64,000 nucleotides of DNA from Brucepastera parasyntrophica (GTDB lineage: Bacteria > Spirochaetota > Spirochaetia > Treponematales > Treponemataceae), in assembly GCF_022376835.1 (NCBI RefSeq), contig NZ_CP084606.1, positions 2,842,739-2,906,738 on the forward strand, in the 5' to 3' direction. The position numbers and the translations under genes were made by a program. The notes under the pieces are model-generated. The model saw only the letters and a list, made by a program, of their open reading frames with translations. It ran no database searches and was not told the DNA's origin. Positions 41,292-51,319 of this stretch are shown in pieces. Each line of letters starts with the position of its first letter. Positions within the stretch are counted from its first letter, which is position 1.

Positions 41292-42394
41292 ATGAGCAGG
41301 GACCAGAGTTTTTCACTAAAGTATAATAAGTTTATTTTCAGGGCGGCCTTATGCCTTCTTATAGCTGAAGCGGTATATATGATAATATCATTTGCTCCCG
41401 CGCTGCCTCTTTTTTTGAGCTGCTGAAACAGGCCGGTACAATTTCAACAGACGAGGCAGACAGGCTGCTTGCGGAAAAAATACTCCTTAATCCCGTACAT
41501 TTCCAGTTTCTGTGTTTTATATCCCTGCTGCTTCTTTTTTTGGGATTGTTCCGAAAATATATAATTCCCACCGTAATCAATGTAAAAATTCCATCAAGAT
41601 TCTATACACCGATGGATGTCAACTTTGATAAATCACAGTTTTATAAACTGCTTGAATCGGACCCCCAGTATGAAAAGAGCATGCAGGATGCAAGAGATAA
41701 CAAGGCTTATGAACGCAAAGCGAAAACCTCTTTTTTGTTCACCTCCATTATGCTGATAGTGGTCTACTATATTTCGCTTGTTTTGTTCAGAGGGCCTGTT
41801 CTGGATACTTTAACAGGATTGTACAGACCCGGAAATCCGGTGGCAATGGTCATTGATTTTCTGCATAAAACATTCAGAAGCAGTCATGAGATTTCCGGTT
41901 TTACCTCTAATCTGTTTAACGCGATTCTTTCCGGAATACTGTTTCTCGGCATTATAGTTCCTTTTATTACGTTCTTCAGAAGAAGAGATGAAACAACAGC
42001 GTACAATATTGAGACTTTTACGGACGCCCGGTGCTACTGTGATGAGTGCGGCTGGGCCGGTGTGGATATTCTCAAGACAACCAGTTCGGTTAAAATAAAC
42101 AGGGTTAAAACCGACAGAAAGAAAAAGTATGTTCCCATAAAGAATGTGTATATAGACACTATATCAAGAAGTACCGGGGCCAAAGAAAAAAGCACTCTGA
42201 AATCGACAACATACAAGGTTTATGAGTACGATATTTTTGAAGCTACCTATAATGACACATATAGCTGCAGGCAGTGCGGCAATATAACATCAGGTACGCA
42301 TACGGAAAAAGAATTTGGCAAGGATGAGTATATTACGACAAAGGATATGCACTGGAATGGTAACTACCGTGATCCGAACCTTGAACAGGCTTGA
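41292..42394 (+). CDS. Hypothetical membrane protein with a C-terminal Cys-rich (zinc-ribbon-like) region. The frame is broken at a T7 run (41410-41416).
   Basis: MSRDQSF... then, after the frame correction, ...LFFELLKQAGTISTDEADRLLAEKILLNP.... CYCDECGW...CRQCGN. Confidence 0.5.
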
Positions 42395-42737
42395 CCGCCG
42401 GACGCGCTGAAGAAAAACAGTCAGGGAATTACAGCCTCATGAATACTCAGAGGTCATGTGACACAGTCATTCATCTTTATCCGTTGTATCGTTGTTATAC
42501 ACGTTTCGATAGTTTTATACTGTACCACGGAGTGGTACGGAAAACAAAAAGTACACGGTGTTAAATTATTATAACCGGAATATTTCCTGTTTCGTATGCC
42601 CATTATAGGCGCGCAGTTTTTCCCGCTATTTCTTCCGGCGTTTCCGTGCAGTGAAAAAAATCTTGACAAAAGAAGTGTTTTCGGAGGATACTGGATTTGA
42701 CATAATGGACAGTCATTTATTGAAGGGGTATAAATAT

Positions 42738-43361
42738 ATGACTGAAGAAAAACAAGGTGATAAAACAAAAAGTAATATTATACAGACTGCCCTTCAGCTG
42801 TTCGCGGAACAGGGATACGCGCAGACTTCTGTTGATATTATTGTAAAAGCTTGCGGTATCGCAAAAGGTACTTTTTACTACTATTTTAAAAGTAAAGAGG
42901 AATTGTTTGATGTGATTCTGAAAAAAGTTTCAGATGAAAGCATTGAGCTGGTAAATCCTATTTTACAGGAAAAAACCAATGCGATCAGAAAGCTGGAAAA
43001 GATGTTTTTTCTATTGTACAAATATTCAGTATCAAACGGGTATAAACTATTTAAAGTTATCGGACCGATGGATGAACTCATTTTGTATAAAATTCATCAG
43101 CGTTCCTGTGAACTTCTTTCACCGCTCCTTACCCTGATTATAAAACAGGGAATAGCCGAGAATATTTTTCACACTGACTATCCGGCGGAAGTCGCGGAGA
43201 TATCGATGCTTGCTTCAAATTTTCTTCTGGATGAAGTTCTTTTTCCCTGTTCAGGGAAAAAGAACATACGCCGTCTTTTGGCAATCCAGAATATGCTTGA
43301 ATTATCTTTGGACGTTAAACCGGGTTCTTTTAGTTTTATGAAAGCGAAAAGAAATCAATAA
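42738..43361 (+). CDS. TetR/AcrR-family transcriptional regulator.
   Basis: SNIIQTALQLFAEQGYAQTSVDIIVKACGIAKGTFYYYF. A palindrome GTACCACggagTGGTAC lies upstream at ~42510. Confidence 0.75.
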   Translation: MTEEKQGDKTKSNIIQTALQLFAEQGYAQTSVDIIVKACGIAKGTFYYYFKSKEELFDVILKKVSDESIELVNPILQEKTNAIRKLEKMFFLLYKYSVSNGYKLFKVIGPMDELILYKIHQRSCELLSPLLTLIIKQGIAENIFHTDYPAEVAEISMLASNFLLDEVLFPCSGKKNIRRLLAIQNMLELSLDVKPGSFSFMKAKRNQ

Positions 43362-43390
43362 CATGCCGGATGTGTTCCTGCATTTAAGAG

Positions 43391-44074
43391 ATGTTAAGCG
43401 AAAAGAATATGGATGAAAAGCTTCTAGCCAAACTGAGAATTCCGGACGGCGGAAATATTCTGATTCTTGAAAAACCTGATTTTGTACAGGCCTTTAACGG
43501 AGTCAGTTATGATGTAACTCCTGCGAACCTGCCCTATGATTTTGTGCTTGCCTTTGTTTTTTCAGTAACAGAAATGGCGGAAAAAATCAAATGGTCGTCG
43601 GGAATACTATTGCTGAAAAAAAACGGACGTATCTGTTTCGCATATCCCAAGAAAGGTAATGGGGTCTATTCCGATTATATTGAGCGGGACAATATTATGG
43701 AAAATCTCTCAGTCGATGATGACGGCTATTTTGAAAATACTTTATATAAGTTTAATATCATGGTCAGCCTTGATAATGTATTTACCATAGTAGGTTTAAA
43801 ATATACGGACCGGAGTGTGACCATAAAGCAAAGACCAAGCCAGCGGTCCGCTGATTACGCCGGTAAGGTCCCCGGGATCGCGGAAAAACTGAGGGGCAAT
43901 ACCGGCGTTCTGGCTTTGTATGAAAACCTCGCGCCCGGATACCAAAAGGATTGGGCGCGGTACATTTACAGCGCCCGGACAGACGCGACCAGAAAAAAAC
44001 GGTTTGCGGAAATGGTAGATATTCTTGAACAGGGCTATAAATCTATTGCCCTGTTCAGGCAAAAGAAAAAATAA
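43391..44074 (+). CDS. YdeI/OmpD-associated (DUF1801-like) family protein.
   Basis: C-terminal YIYSARTDATRKKRFAEMVDILEQG motif. Confidence 0.55.
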   Translation: MLSEKNMDEKLLAKLRIPDGGNILILEKPDFVQAFNGVSYDVTPANLPYDFVLAFVFSVTEMAEKIKWSSGILLLKKNGRICFAYPKKGNGVYSDYIERDNIMENLSVDDDGYFENTLYKFNIMVSLDNVFTIVGLKYTDRSVTIKQRPSQRSADYAGKVPGIAEKLRGNTGVLALYENLAPGYQKDWARYIYSARTDATRKKRFAEMVDILEQGYKSIALFRQKKK

Positions 44075-44077
44075 TCC

Positions 44078-44214
44078 TTATTCAAGGCGAGGGTTTAATC
44101 AGCCTGCGGCTGGGTCTGTAAGGTATGTAATGGCCGCTTCCGCGGCCTGCGAATACCCCAGGCCGAAGGTCTGCAGCTCTTCGAGCTGACTGCTCTGCGG
44201 CGGAGTATTTTATT
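44078..44214 (+). repeat. Structured intergenic repeat, copy 4 (full form plus an extra hairpin CAGCTCttcGAGCTG).
   Basis: TTATTCAAGGCGAGGG...GGCCGC-ttcc-GCGGCC...CAGGCC-gaag-GGTCTG...GGAGTATTTTATT. Starts 4 bp after the upstream stop and overlaps the stop of 44210..45121. Confidence 0.7.
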
Positions 44215-45121
44215 TTAAAAATCCGTTTATAATCTGTTCGATGGACTCTTCCTCATCCAGGCCTAATGTCATAAGTTTGATAATCTGTTCTCCCGCAATC
44301 TTTCCGATAGCGGCTTCATGGATCAGGGACGCCTCGCTGTGGTTCGCGGTTATTTCGGGAATGGCCTGTACGCCTGCATTATCCATGATTATTGCATCAC
44401 ATTCGGAATGCCCCATACAGGAGGCGTTCCCGTTTATCTTTGAGAGAAAAATCTGCCTGGAATCCCCTTTTGCAACGGAGCGTGAACTGACTGTTGTGGC
44501 TGATTCCTTTCCGTCCAGATTAATCAGAAATTCAGTTTCCGCAGTCTGGCGTTCATGGGTCATCAGTTTTTCTTTTATAACAAGTTTTGCTCCGTCCTTA
44601 AGCTCGGCCCTTGTTATTCTTTTTGTTGAATCAACGCCTTCTATCTGGACGGTATCCATTTCCATATAGCTTCCGGGTTCCATATATACATTTGTTACGG
44701 GATTGAGTATGCGCTGGCCGCTTCCCTCACCATAATGTTTTTCCCTGTATACAACCCGCGCATTTTCCGCAATATGGAAAGTATGGATGCCATCATGCCG
44801 GGAGGCAGCTTTTTCATTATTATGGATTCCGCATCCGGCTATTATCGTAACATCCGCATTTTCACCGATATGAAAATCATTGTACACGGTTTCACCGATC
44901 CCGCCCTGGCTGATAATAACGGGAATATGTACATGTTCGTGTTTTGTTCCCGGTTTTATATAAATATCCATGCCCGCATTATTTTCTTTCGGCACGATTG
45001 AAATATCTTCCGTACTGCCTGAACCTATACTGCTTCCGTTTATTCTGATGTTATAGGCGCCCTTCGGTATATTCATTATACCGGAAATCTTTTGCAATAT
45101 TTTTTTCTGTATGTCATTCAT
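44210..45121 (-). CDS. SufB/SufD-family Fe-S cluster assembly protein.
   Basis: UPF0051/SufBD C-terminal beta-helix region. Adjacent to a SufC-like ATPase. Confidence 0.6.
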   Translation of the reverse strand: MNDIQKKILQKISGIMNIPKGAYNIRINGSSIGSGSTEDISIVPKENNAGMDIYIKPGTKHEHVHIPVIISQGGIGETVYNDFHIGENADVTIIAGCGIHNNEKAASRHDGIHTFHIAENARVVYREKHYGEGSGQRILNPVTNVYMEPGSYMEMDTVQIEGVDSTKRITRAELKDGAKLVIKEKLMTHERQTAETEFLINLDGKESATTVSSRSVAKGDSRQIFLSKINGNASCMGHSECDAIIMDNAGVQAIPEITANHSEASLIHEAAIGKIAGEQIIKLMTLGLDEEESIEQIINGFLK

Positions 45122-45270
45122 ATATACTCCGTAGACTTGGTACAATACTGATTTAAGCCATCAAGGTTGAATCAGCATTGCCTGTCAGGCAGGTTTATTA
45201 TACTTCCTTGCCTGACGGTACTTAGAATTGGAATTCCCGTCATTCCTGATGAAGACAGGAATACATCATC

Positions 45271-45984
45271 TCATTTGAAAAATTTACAGGTATCAATATC
45301 CTTCAGCAGCGCCGGGAGTATATCGTTTTTCTGTCCCTGCGCGGTTATTTTTCCTGATGTCACCACAATGATTGTATCCGCTATATTGAGAATTCTCTCC
45401 TGATGGGAAATAATAATTACAGTCCCCTTTTTTTGTTTCATTTTTTCAAAAACACCTGTCAGGTTCTGAAAGCTCCATAAATCAATCCCGGCCTCCGGTT
45501 CATCAAATATGGAAAGCTGTACATTCCGCGCGAGGAGCATGGCTATCTCTATTCGCTTAAGTTCTCCGCCGGAAAGGCTTGAATCCATTTCACGGGTTAC
45601 GTATTCCGCCGCGCATAAGCCGACTTCTGACAGATAGGCGCATGCCTCTTCAGTATTTAGTTTTTTCCCGGCCGCGAGTTCAATTAAATCCTTGATAGTG
45701 ATTCCCTTGAATCGTACCGGCTGCTGGAACGCAAAACCGATACCTTCCTTTGCGCGTTCCGCTATACTCATCTTGGTTATGTCTTTTCCATTGAACAGAA
45801 TACTTCCTTCTGTAGGTGATTCAATCCCGGCTATGATTTTTGCCAGAGTCGACTTGCCGCTCCCATTCGGTCCCGTAATAACCGCAAACATACTGTCGGG
45901 AAGAAGCAGATTAATATTTTCCAGAATATTTTTTTTCTCACCTGAAACAGTGACCGTAAATGAAATATTCTTTAATTCCAGCAT
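45271..45984 (-). CDS. sufC: Fe-S cluster assembly ATPase SufC.
   Basis: Walker A GPNGSGKST, signature LSGGELKRIEIA, D-loop. AAGGAGGA RBS. Confidence 0.8.
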   Translation of the reverse strand: MLELKNISFTVTVSGEKKNILENINLLLPDSMFAVITGPNGSGKSTLAKIIAGIESPTEGSILFNGKDITKMSIAERAKEGIGFAFQQPVRFKGITIKDLIELAAGKKLNTEEACAYLSEVGLCAAEYVTREMDSSLSGGELKRIEIAMLLARNVQLSIFDEPEAGIDLWSFQNLTGVFEKMKQKKGTVIIISHQERILNIADTIIVVTSGKITAQGQKNDILPALLKDIDTCKFFK

Positions 45985-46035
45985 TGGAATCCTCCTTTGG
46001 ATTATTTTATCCCGGCATTAAGGGGTAATAAAAAA

Positions 46036-46076
46036 GACTTTTAACAAAACGGATTATCCGCTTTGTTAAAAGTCTC
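46036..46076 (-). terminator. Hairpin (14-bp stem) followed by a U-run on the minus strand, 50 nt upstream of sufC. Candidate leader attenuator or expression platform.
   Basis: agacttttaacaaa / tttgttaaaagtct stem. The plus strand has an A-run immediately before it. Confidence 0.4.
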
Positions 46077-46348
46077 GTTACCCGGAAGATTGTCTTTTGC
46101 TCTTCCGTAAGCCGCACAGCCAGGCCTTCCGCCAGTATGTTGACTTGTGCGTTTCAACTACTCCCTTTCAACCTGATTATAATATACACCCGCGGCCCGG
46201 CAATATTCAAGGGGCCTGGTATAGCAGGAGAGGATATGTCATGAGAAAACACCGGTTTTTACCTGAATTTACACGTTTTTTACGCTTTATGTGCTATACT
46301 GTATCCTGTATGAACAGCGGAAAATGTATGATGGAAGGAGTAAGTTTT

Positions 46349-48055
46349 ATGAAAACAAACAGGTTCATTCAAATGCTGCTATGTGCTTTGGGTATTGTTT
46401 TTCTGGCGTCCTGCAATACCGGCGGTGATTCCGGAGAGAATCCTGTGAATAATAAGGGAGGTGATACCGTTCCCTCGGTTTCCCAGGTTCCCGACGCGGC
46501 CGATATTCTTGATACCATAACGGCCCTGAAAGTTTCCCTTTCCGGAGTCGATACAACGGAAACATGGACAACATACACCGATATAGCTCTGGCGGACGGC
46601 GCTACGGTGATAACCGGAACCGGGGCAACAGTCGCAGGCGACCTGATTACTATTTCAGATCCGGGAACCTATATGCTGAGCGGGACCCTGACCGACGGAC
46701 AGGTTCATGTTAATGATGTTGGCGACAATGTTTATCTGATACTTAACGGCGCTAATATAACCTGCTCAAACAGCGCTCCCCTCGCCATTTTCGGGAGCAA
46801 GAAAAAGGTAGTAACTCTTGCCCCCGGAACCACCAATTATTTAACCGACGGAAGCGTCTATACCGTATTTTATAACAGCAAAAATGATGAACCGAACGGA
46901 ACCCTCTTTGCAAAAAAGGCGCTTACCATAAATGGTACGGGAACCCTGTATGTTAACGGTAACTTTAATAACGGTATATCCTGTAAGGACAACCTTGTAA
47001 TACTCAACGCGACCGTTATAGCATCTTCTCCCAATAACGCCCTGAAGGGAAATGATTCGATTATAATAAAGGACGCGGATGTTACCCTCACATCGGATGC
47101 CGACGGCATGAAATCCGACAGTGACGACGACGGCCTCGGATATGTTTATATTGATAATTCTTCCGTAACCATAACCGCGGTAAATGACGGCATAGATGCG
47201 TTCCGCTCGGTGCGCATTGCGGGCGGCGTTTTTGATATTACCACAGGCGGCGGCAGCAATGCTGTCCATGCCGACGATGACAGCAGAAAGGCAATAAAAA
47301 GCGATATGGACATGCTCATTGAAGGCGGGACTTTCAATATTAATGCCTATGAAGATGCGCTCCGTTCCAAGGGATCAATGGTTCTCTCCGGCGGCACGAT
47401 GAATTTGTCTTCAGCCAATGCCGCTGTCCGCGCGGAAGACCTCCTGCTGATAGACGGCGCGGATATTACCATTACCAAATCAACGGGCGGATTCAGGGCA
47501 AAGAAAATTGTCATGAATGACGGTGACGCAAACATAATTTCATCCGGATACGGAATATATAATACGGGGGCAAACGTGGCGGACCCCGAAAACACTACGA
47601 GCTTTACCGTTATTTCCGGCGGAGATGTTTCAGTCAATGCCGTCCAGGAATCCTTTTATTCTCCGGGCGTTCTGCAAATCGCCGGGGGAAAGGTGTCTGT
47701 CCACGCTCCTGTTGATCCGGCGGATGAGCCGCTTTCAGTTGCGGGCCTGGTTATTAACGGCGGTACACTTGCCGCTCCCGGTCCGGAAGGAAACGTTATT
47801 ATTCCGGCAAAGAATTCGGAACAGCCGAGCGTACTTGTTACATTTAATACCGCGGTAAACGCGGGCGATGTTCTTGAACTTAAAAATGCGGGCGGAACAA
47901 CCCTTGTAAACTATACCGCAGCGCGGGCGTATAACTCCATTCTGATAAGTGAACTTCAGCTCGTGTCCGGTTCAAGTTATTCAATAGCGCTGAACGGTTC
48001 ACAGGTCAAGACTTTTAAAATGTCGGGAAAGGTTCTGCGCGTTAGCGTTAACTGA
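46349..48055 (+). CDS. Lipoprotein with a right-handed beta-helix of Cthe_2159-like (carbohydrate-binding) type.
   Basis: GGAAGGAG RBS plus ATG 46349. Lipobox FLASC. Repeated DG..s.....I.gG units. Confidence 0.55.
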   Translation: MKTNRFIQMLLCALGIVFLASCNTGGDSGENPVNNKGGDTVPSVSQVPDAADILDTITALKVSLSGVDTTETWTTYTDIALADGATVITGTGATVAGDLITISDPGTYMLSGTLTDGQVHVNDVGDNVYLILNGANITCSNSAPLAIFGSKKKVVTLAPGTTNYLTDGSVYTVFYNSKNDEPNGTLFAKKALTINGTGTLYVNGNFNNGISCKDNLVILNATVIASSPNNALKGNDSIIIKDADVTLTSDADGMKSDSDDDGLGYVYIDNSSVTITAVNDGIDAFRSVRIAGGVFDITTGGGSNAVHADDDSRKAIKSDMDMLIEGGTFNINAYEDALRSKGSMVLSGGTMNLSSANAAVRAEDLLLIDGADITITKSTGGFRAKKIVMNDGDANIISSGYGIYNTGANVADPENTTSFTVISGGDVSVNAVQESFYSPGVLQIAGGKVSVHAPVDPADEPLSVAGLVINGGTLAAPGPEGNVIIPAKNSEQPSVLVTFNTAVNAGDVLELKNAGGTTLVNYTAARAYNSILISELQLVSGSSYSIALNGSQVKTFKMSGKVLRVSVN

Positions 48056-48095
48056 AAACAGGAAAATCTATTTGCCGGGTCTGAGCGCCCTGCAT

Positions 48096-48144
48096 ACAAA
48101 AAACGGTACTGTTCTGCTATACTGCAGGCAGTACCGTTTTTTGT
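48096..48144. terminator. Bidirectional terminator.
   Basis: Perfect 15-16-bp stem acaaaaaacggtactg / cagtaccgttttttgt with an A-run on the 5' side and a T-run on the 3' side. Confidence 0.65.
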
Positions 48145-48151
48145 ATATTTC

Positions 48152-48394
48152 TTAAAAAGGTTCCTGATAAAATTCTTCACCTTCCGGGACCACCTGTTCG
48201 TTTTCCGGAAAAATTTCCGTATCAACAGGCGGGCTTACCGGGGTATCGTCATGGGGAAGGTCCAAAAGATTTTCCATACTTCTCTGGACTCTGGCTTCAT
48301 AACCGCCCTTTGACCAGTAAATAAATCCGCCGACAAGAAATGCTATAATAAGAGTCCAGAAAATTACCGTGCTGAGCTTTATTTTTACAGGCAT
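48152..48394 (-). CDS. Small membrane protein (one TM helix).
   Basis: ORF with a VIFWTLIIAFLVGGFIYW helix. Confidence 0.45.
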   Translation of the reverse strand: MPVKIKLSTVIFWTLIIAFLVGGFIYWSKGGYEARVQRSMENLLDLPHDDTPVSPPVDTEIFPENEQVVPEGEEFYQEPF

Positions 48395-48617
48395 TTATTT
48401 CTCCTCAGTTCCGTGGAATAAACCTTTTGAAAAGCCCTGAACTATATTTGATATACCTGATGTATTTCAGGTGAAACTTAAGAGCTATTGCCGGAGAACA
48501 GACTTGAACTGTCACGCCGATCACTCAGCAAGGGATTTTAAGTCCCTGGTGTCTACCAATTCCACCACTCCGGCAATTATGATAGTATATTATCCGATTA
48601 TTTCACGGAGGTCAACA

Positions 48618-49528
48618 ATGTTCAGTGACACGCACTGCCATCTTACCTATATAAAAGACAGGGGCGAAAATATTTCTCCGCACATATCGGAAATGAAAAA
48701 GGAATCTTTCCGTTTTGTTCAGGACATAGGAACAAAGCCGGGAGATCTGCAGCCGCGGATCGAAACCGTTATTAATGAAGCGGGGGAAATTCCCGGGTTT
48801 CTGCATTTTTCCTGCGGACTCTGGCCTGCCGCGGATATAATTGCGGACCGTGACAATTCACTTTTTCTTCTTGAAGAGGATATAAAGATTCTGACCGGAA
48901 AACAGAAGGCTGCGGTTCTCGGTGAATGCGGACTTGACCGTTACTGGAACGGTCCTCCGGCAGCTGAAAGAATCGCCGCCCTGCGGAATAGCGGCGGAAC
49001 TTCTCCGGACGATGACGGTCCCGGGACAACCGATATAAAAGGAGAGGAAGATCTTTTCGGACGCCAGCTTGATTTGGCTCGTAAATATGATATCCCAGTG
49101 ATTATCCATTCCCGGGACGCCTTTGAGCCGACATATGAAATAATAAAAACGCAGGCTATGACTGCGGGGTAATACACTGTTTCAGTTATGGGGTTGCCGA
49201 GGCGAGGGCCTTCCTTGATCGGGGCTGGTATATTTCTTTTCCAGGGAATATTACCTGGCCAAAAAAAGAAGCTGACAAAGGCCGGGTTTCTTCCCTGCTC
49301 AGGTTTGTTCCCCGCGACAGGCTTCTCCTCGAAACCGATGCTCCATATCTCACGCCGAACCCCTTCCGGGGTAAACCGAATACGCCTCTGTTAATCAGAT
49401 ATACATATGCCTGCGCCGCCGATATTCTCGGTATAACAATAGAAAGGCTCGCGGATATTGTATATGAAAATGCCTGCGGCCTGTTTTTAAAGCAGAGCTG
49501 TACTGAACCAGGGAACATACGTAATTAG
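48618..49528 (+). CDS. tatD: TatD-family metal-dependent hydrolase. The frame is broken at a G4 run (49166-49169).
   Basis: N-terminal MFSDTHCHL. After the correction, ...HCFSYGVAEA...PRDRLLLETDAPYLTPNPFRGKPN. Confidence 0.7.
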
Positions 49529-51316
49529 CATGAGAATTACAAACTGTACGAGAAGATAGGGCAGGATATTTTTTGCAATTTTCATAACCGGTTTGTCAAA
49601 GGTATAACTTGCGATAAAAAGGTTCAGTCCAACCGGGGGTGTCAAAAATCCCAGGGCAAGGTTTGACAGAAAAATTATTCCCAAATGAACGGAATTAATT
49701 CCGAAAGATTCCGCAATAGGTATTATCAGAGGCGACACTACAAGAATGGCCGAGTAAAGGTCCATGATGCAGCCGACCACCAGAAGAAGAATGTTAAGCA
49801 GGAAAAGAAACAGATACTTTGAGTGAACAAAAGAAATAACAAATTCTGTAAGCATATAGGGGATTCCGGCGTCAATCATAAAGTAGGCAAGGCCCTTGGC
49901 CGCGCCGATAATTATCAGCACCCCTCCCGCGACCGGTATGCTTTTTAATATAACCTGAAGAGATGCCTTAAGCGTGAGATCCTTCCTGATTACAACTTCA
50001 AGAATAAACGCGTACAGAGCCGCGAACGCGGCAGTTTCAATAAGAGAAAATATCCCGGAGAAATACAGAATAACAATGCCGATAGGCATCAGCAGCTCGG
50101 CAAACCCGCCTTTCAGGGAATCCCAGAGCTGCCTGCCGGAAAATCTGGTCCTCTCGACAGTAGATTTTCCCTGAACTATCCCGATAATGATCATCGAAAG
50201 GGCCAGCAGAATTCCCGGAATAATACCTCCCTTGAATAAATCAAACATTTCAACGGAATAAATATTGGTCGAACCGTAAATAATTATCGCAAGGCTGGGA
50301 GGAAAAAGCAGCCCAATGGAACCCGAGGCGGTTACCAGAGATTCCGCCTTTTCCTGCTTATAACCGCTGCCGGTTAATATAATCGTGAGAAGGGAGCCTA
50401 GTGCAAGAATTGTTACTCCCGAAGCCCCGGTAAAGGTAGTGAAAAATGTCGCTACAATAACTGTGGCAATTACCGGTCCACCCTTTATCCAGCCCACACT
50501 GCTTTTAACGACTTCCAGCAGCCGTTTTCCCGCGCTTCCTTCCGCCAGCAAATATCCCGCCAGCGTAAAAAGGGGAATGGTTGCAATGTTTTTGTCTATC
50601 AGCATGTTATATGATTCAAGCGCAATAACTTCCACATACCCGCCGTTTTTACTGAACGCAACGTATGCTATTCCGGAGAAGACAAGAAAAATAGGCATAC
50701 CAAACAGCGCGCCGATAATAAGAATAATGACCAGAGGCCAGACCAGAATATCCGTTGCAGAAATCCAGGCATTGAATATCGTCTGTAAGAATTCCGGACT
50801 GGGCAGATGCAGGTAATATAAAATTCCCGAAAGAGGTCCGGTCGAAATGAGTATGCCGAAAATAATACCAAGTATTGACGCGATTTTTTTCGGCCGGCGT
50901 TTTACCGCCATAAACAGCATGGCAAAATACATGAGCGGAAGCGACAGGAAAATGACAGGGTAGGGTATCCCCCATAGTCTGTCACCGGGCTGAAAAGCCA
51001 TAAACAGTTCGGAGAAGGCAGTAAAAAAGAGGGCTGTCAGAATTGCGGTCGTCAGCCCCGATATTACCGGTTCCGTAAAACGCCGCATTTTATCGGGAAG
51101 TATCCTGTTAATCACATCCAGACTGATATGTTTGTTTTCCGCCCAGGTAAGAATACCCGCTATATTGGCGAATATAAAAACCAGGTGAACAATAACCATG
51201 TCGGAAGAACGCAGTGTAATGCTGTCGTTTAACGACAGCATTTTAAACACAAAGGGGAAAAGTGCCAATAAAATAAGAAGAATTACCCCGGTAGCTTCTG
51301 CAAGTTTGCGCAGCAT
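49487..51316 (-). CDS. tatQM: TRAP transporter fused small/large permease (TatQM / DctQM fusion).
   Basis: 609 aa: a DctQ-like 4-TM N-terminus plus a DctM 12-TM domain. Confidence 0.75.
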   Translation of the reverse strand: MLRKLAEATGVILLILLALFPFVFKMLSLNDSITLRSSDMVIVHLVFIFANIAGILTWAENKHISLDVINRILPDKMRRFTEPVISGLTTAILTALFFTAFSELFMAFQPGDRLWGIPYPVIFLSLPLMYFAMLFMAVKRRPKKIASILGIIFGILISTGPLSGILYYLHLPSPEFLQTIFNAWISATDILVWPLVIILIIGALFGMPIFLVFSGIAYVAFSKNGGYVEVIALESYNMLIDKNIATIPLFTLAGYLLAEGSAGKRLLEVVKSSVGWIKGGPVIATVIVATFFTTFTGASGVTILALGSLLTIILTGSGYKQEKAESLVTASGSIGLLFPPSLAIIIYGSTNIYSVEMFDLFKGGIIPGILLALSMIIIGIVQGKSTVERTRFSGRQLWDSLKGGFAELLMPIGIVILYFSGIFSLIETAAFAALYAFILEVVIRKDLTLKASLQVILKSIPVAGGVLIIIGAAKGLAYFMIDAGIPYMLTEFVISFVHSKYLFLFLLNILLLVVGCIMDLYSAILVVSPLIIPIAESFGINSVHLGIIFLSNLALGFLTPPVGLNLFIASYTFDKPVMKIAKNILPYLLVQFVILMLITYVPWFSTALL

Positions 51317-51319
51317 AAA

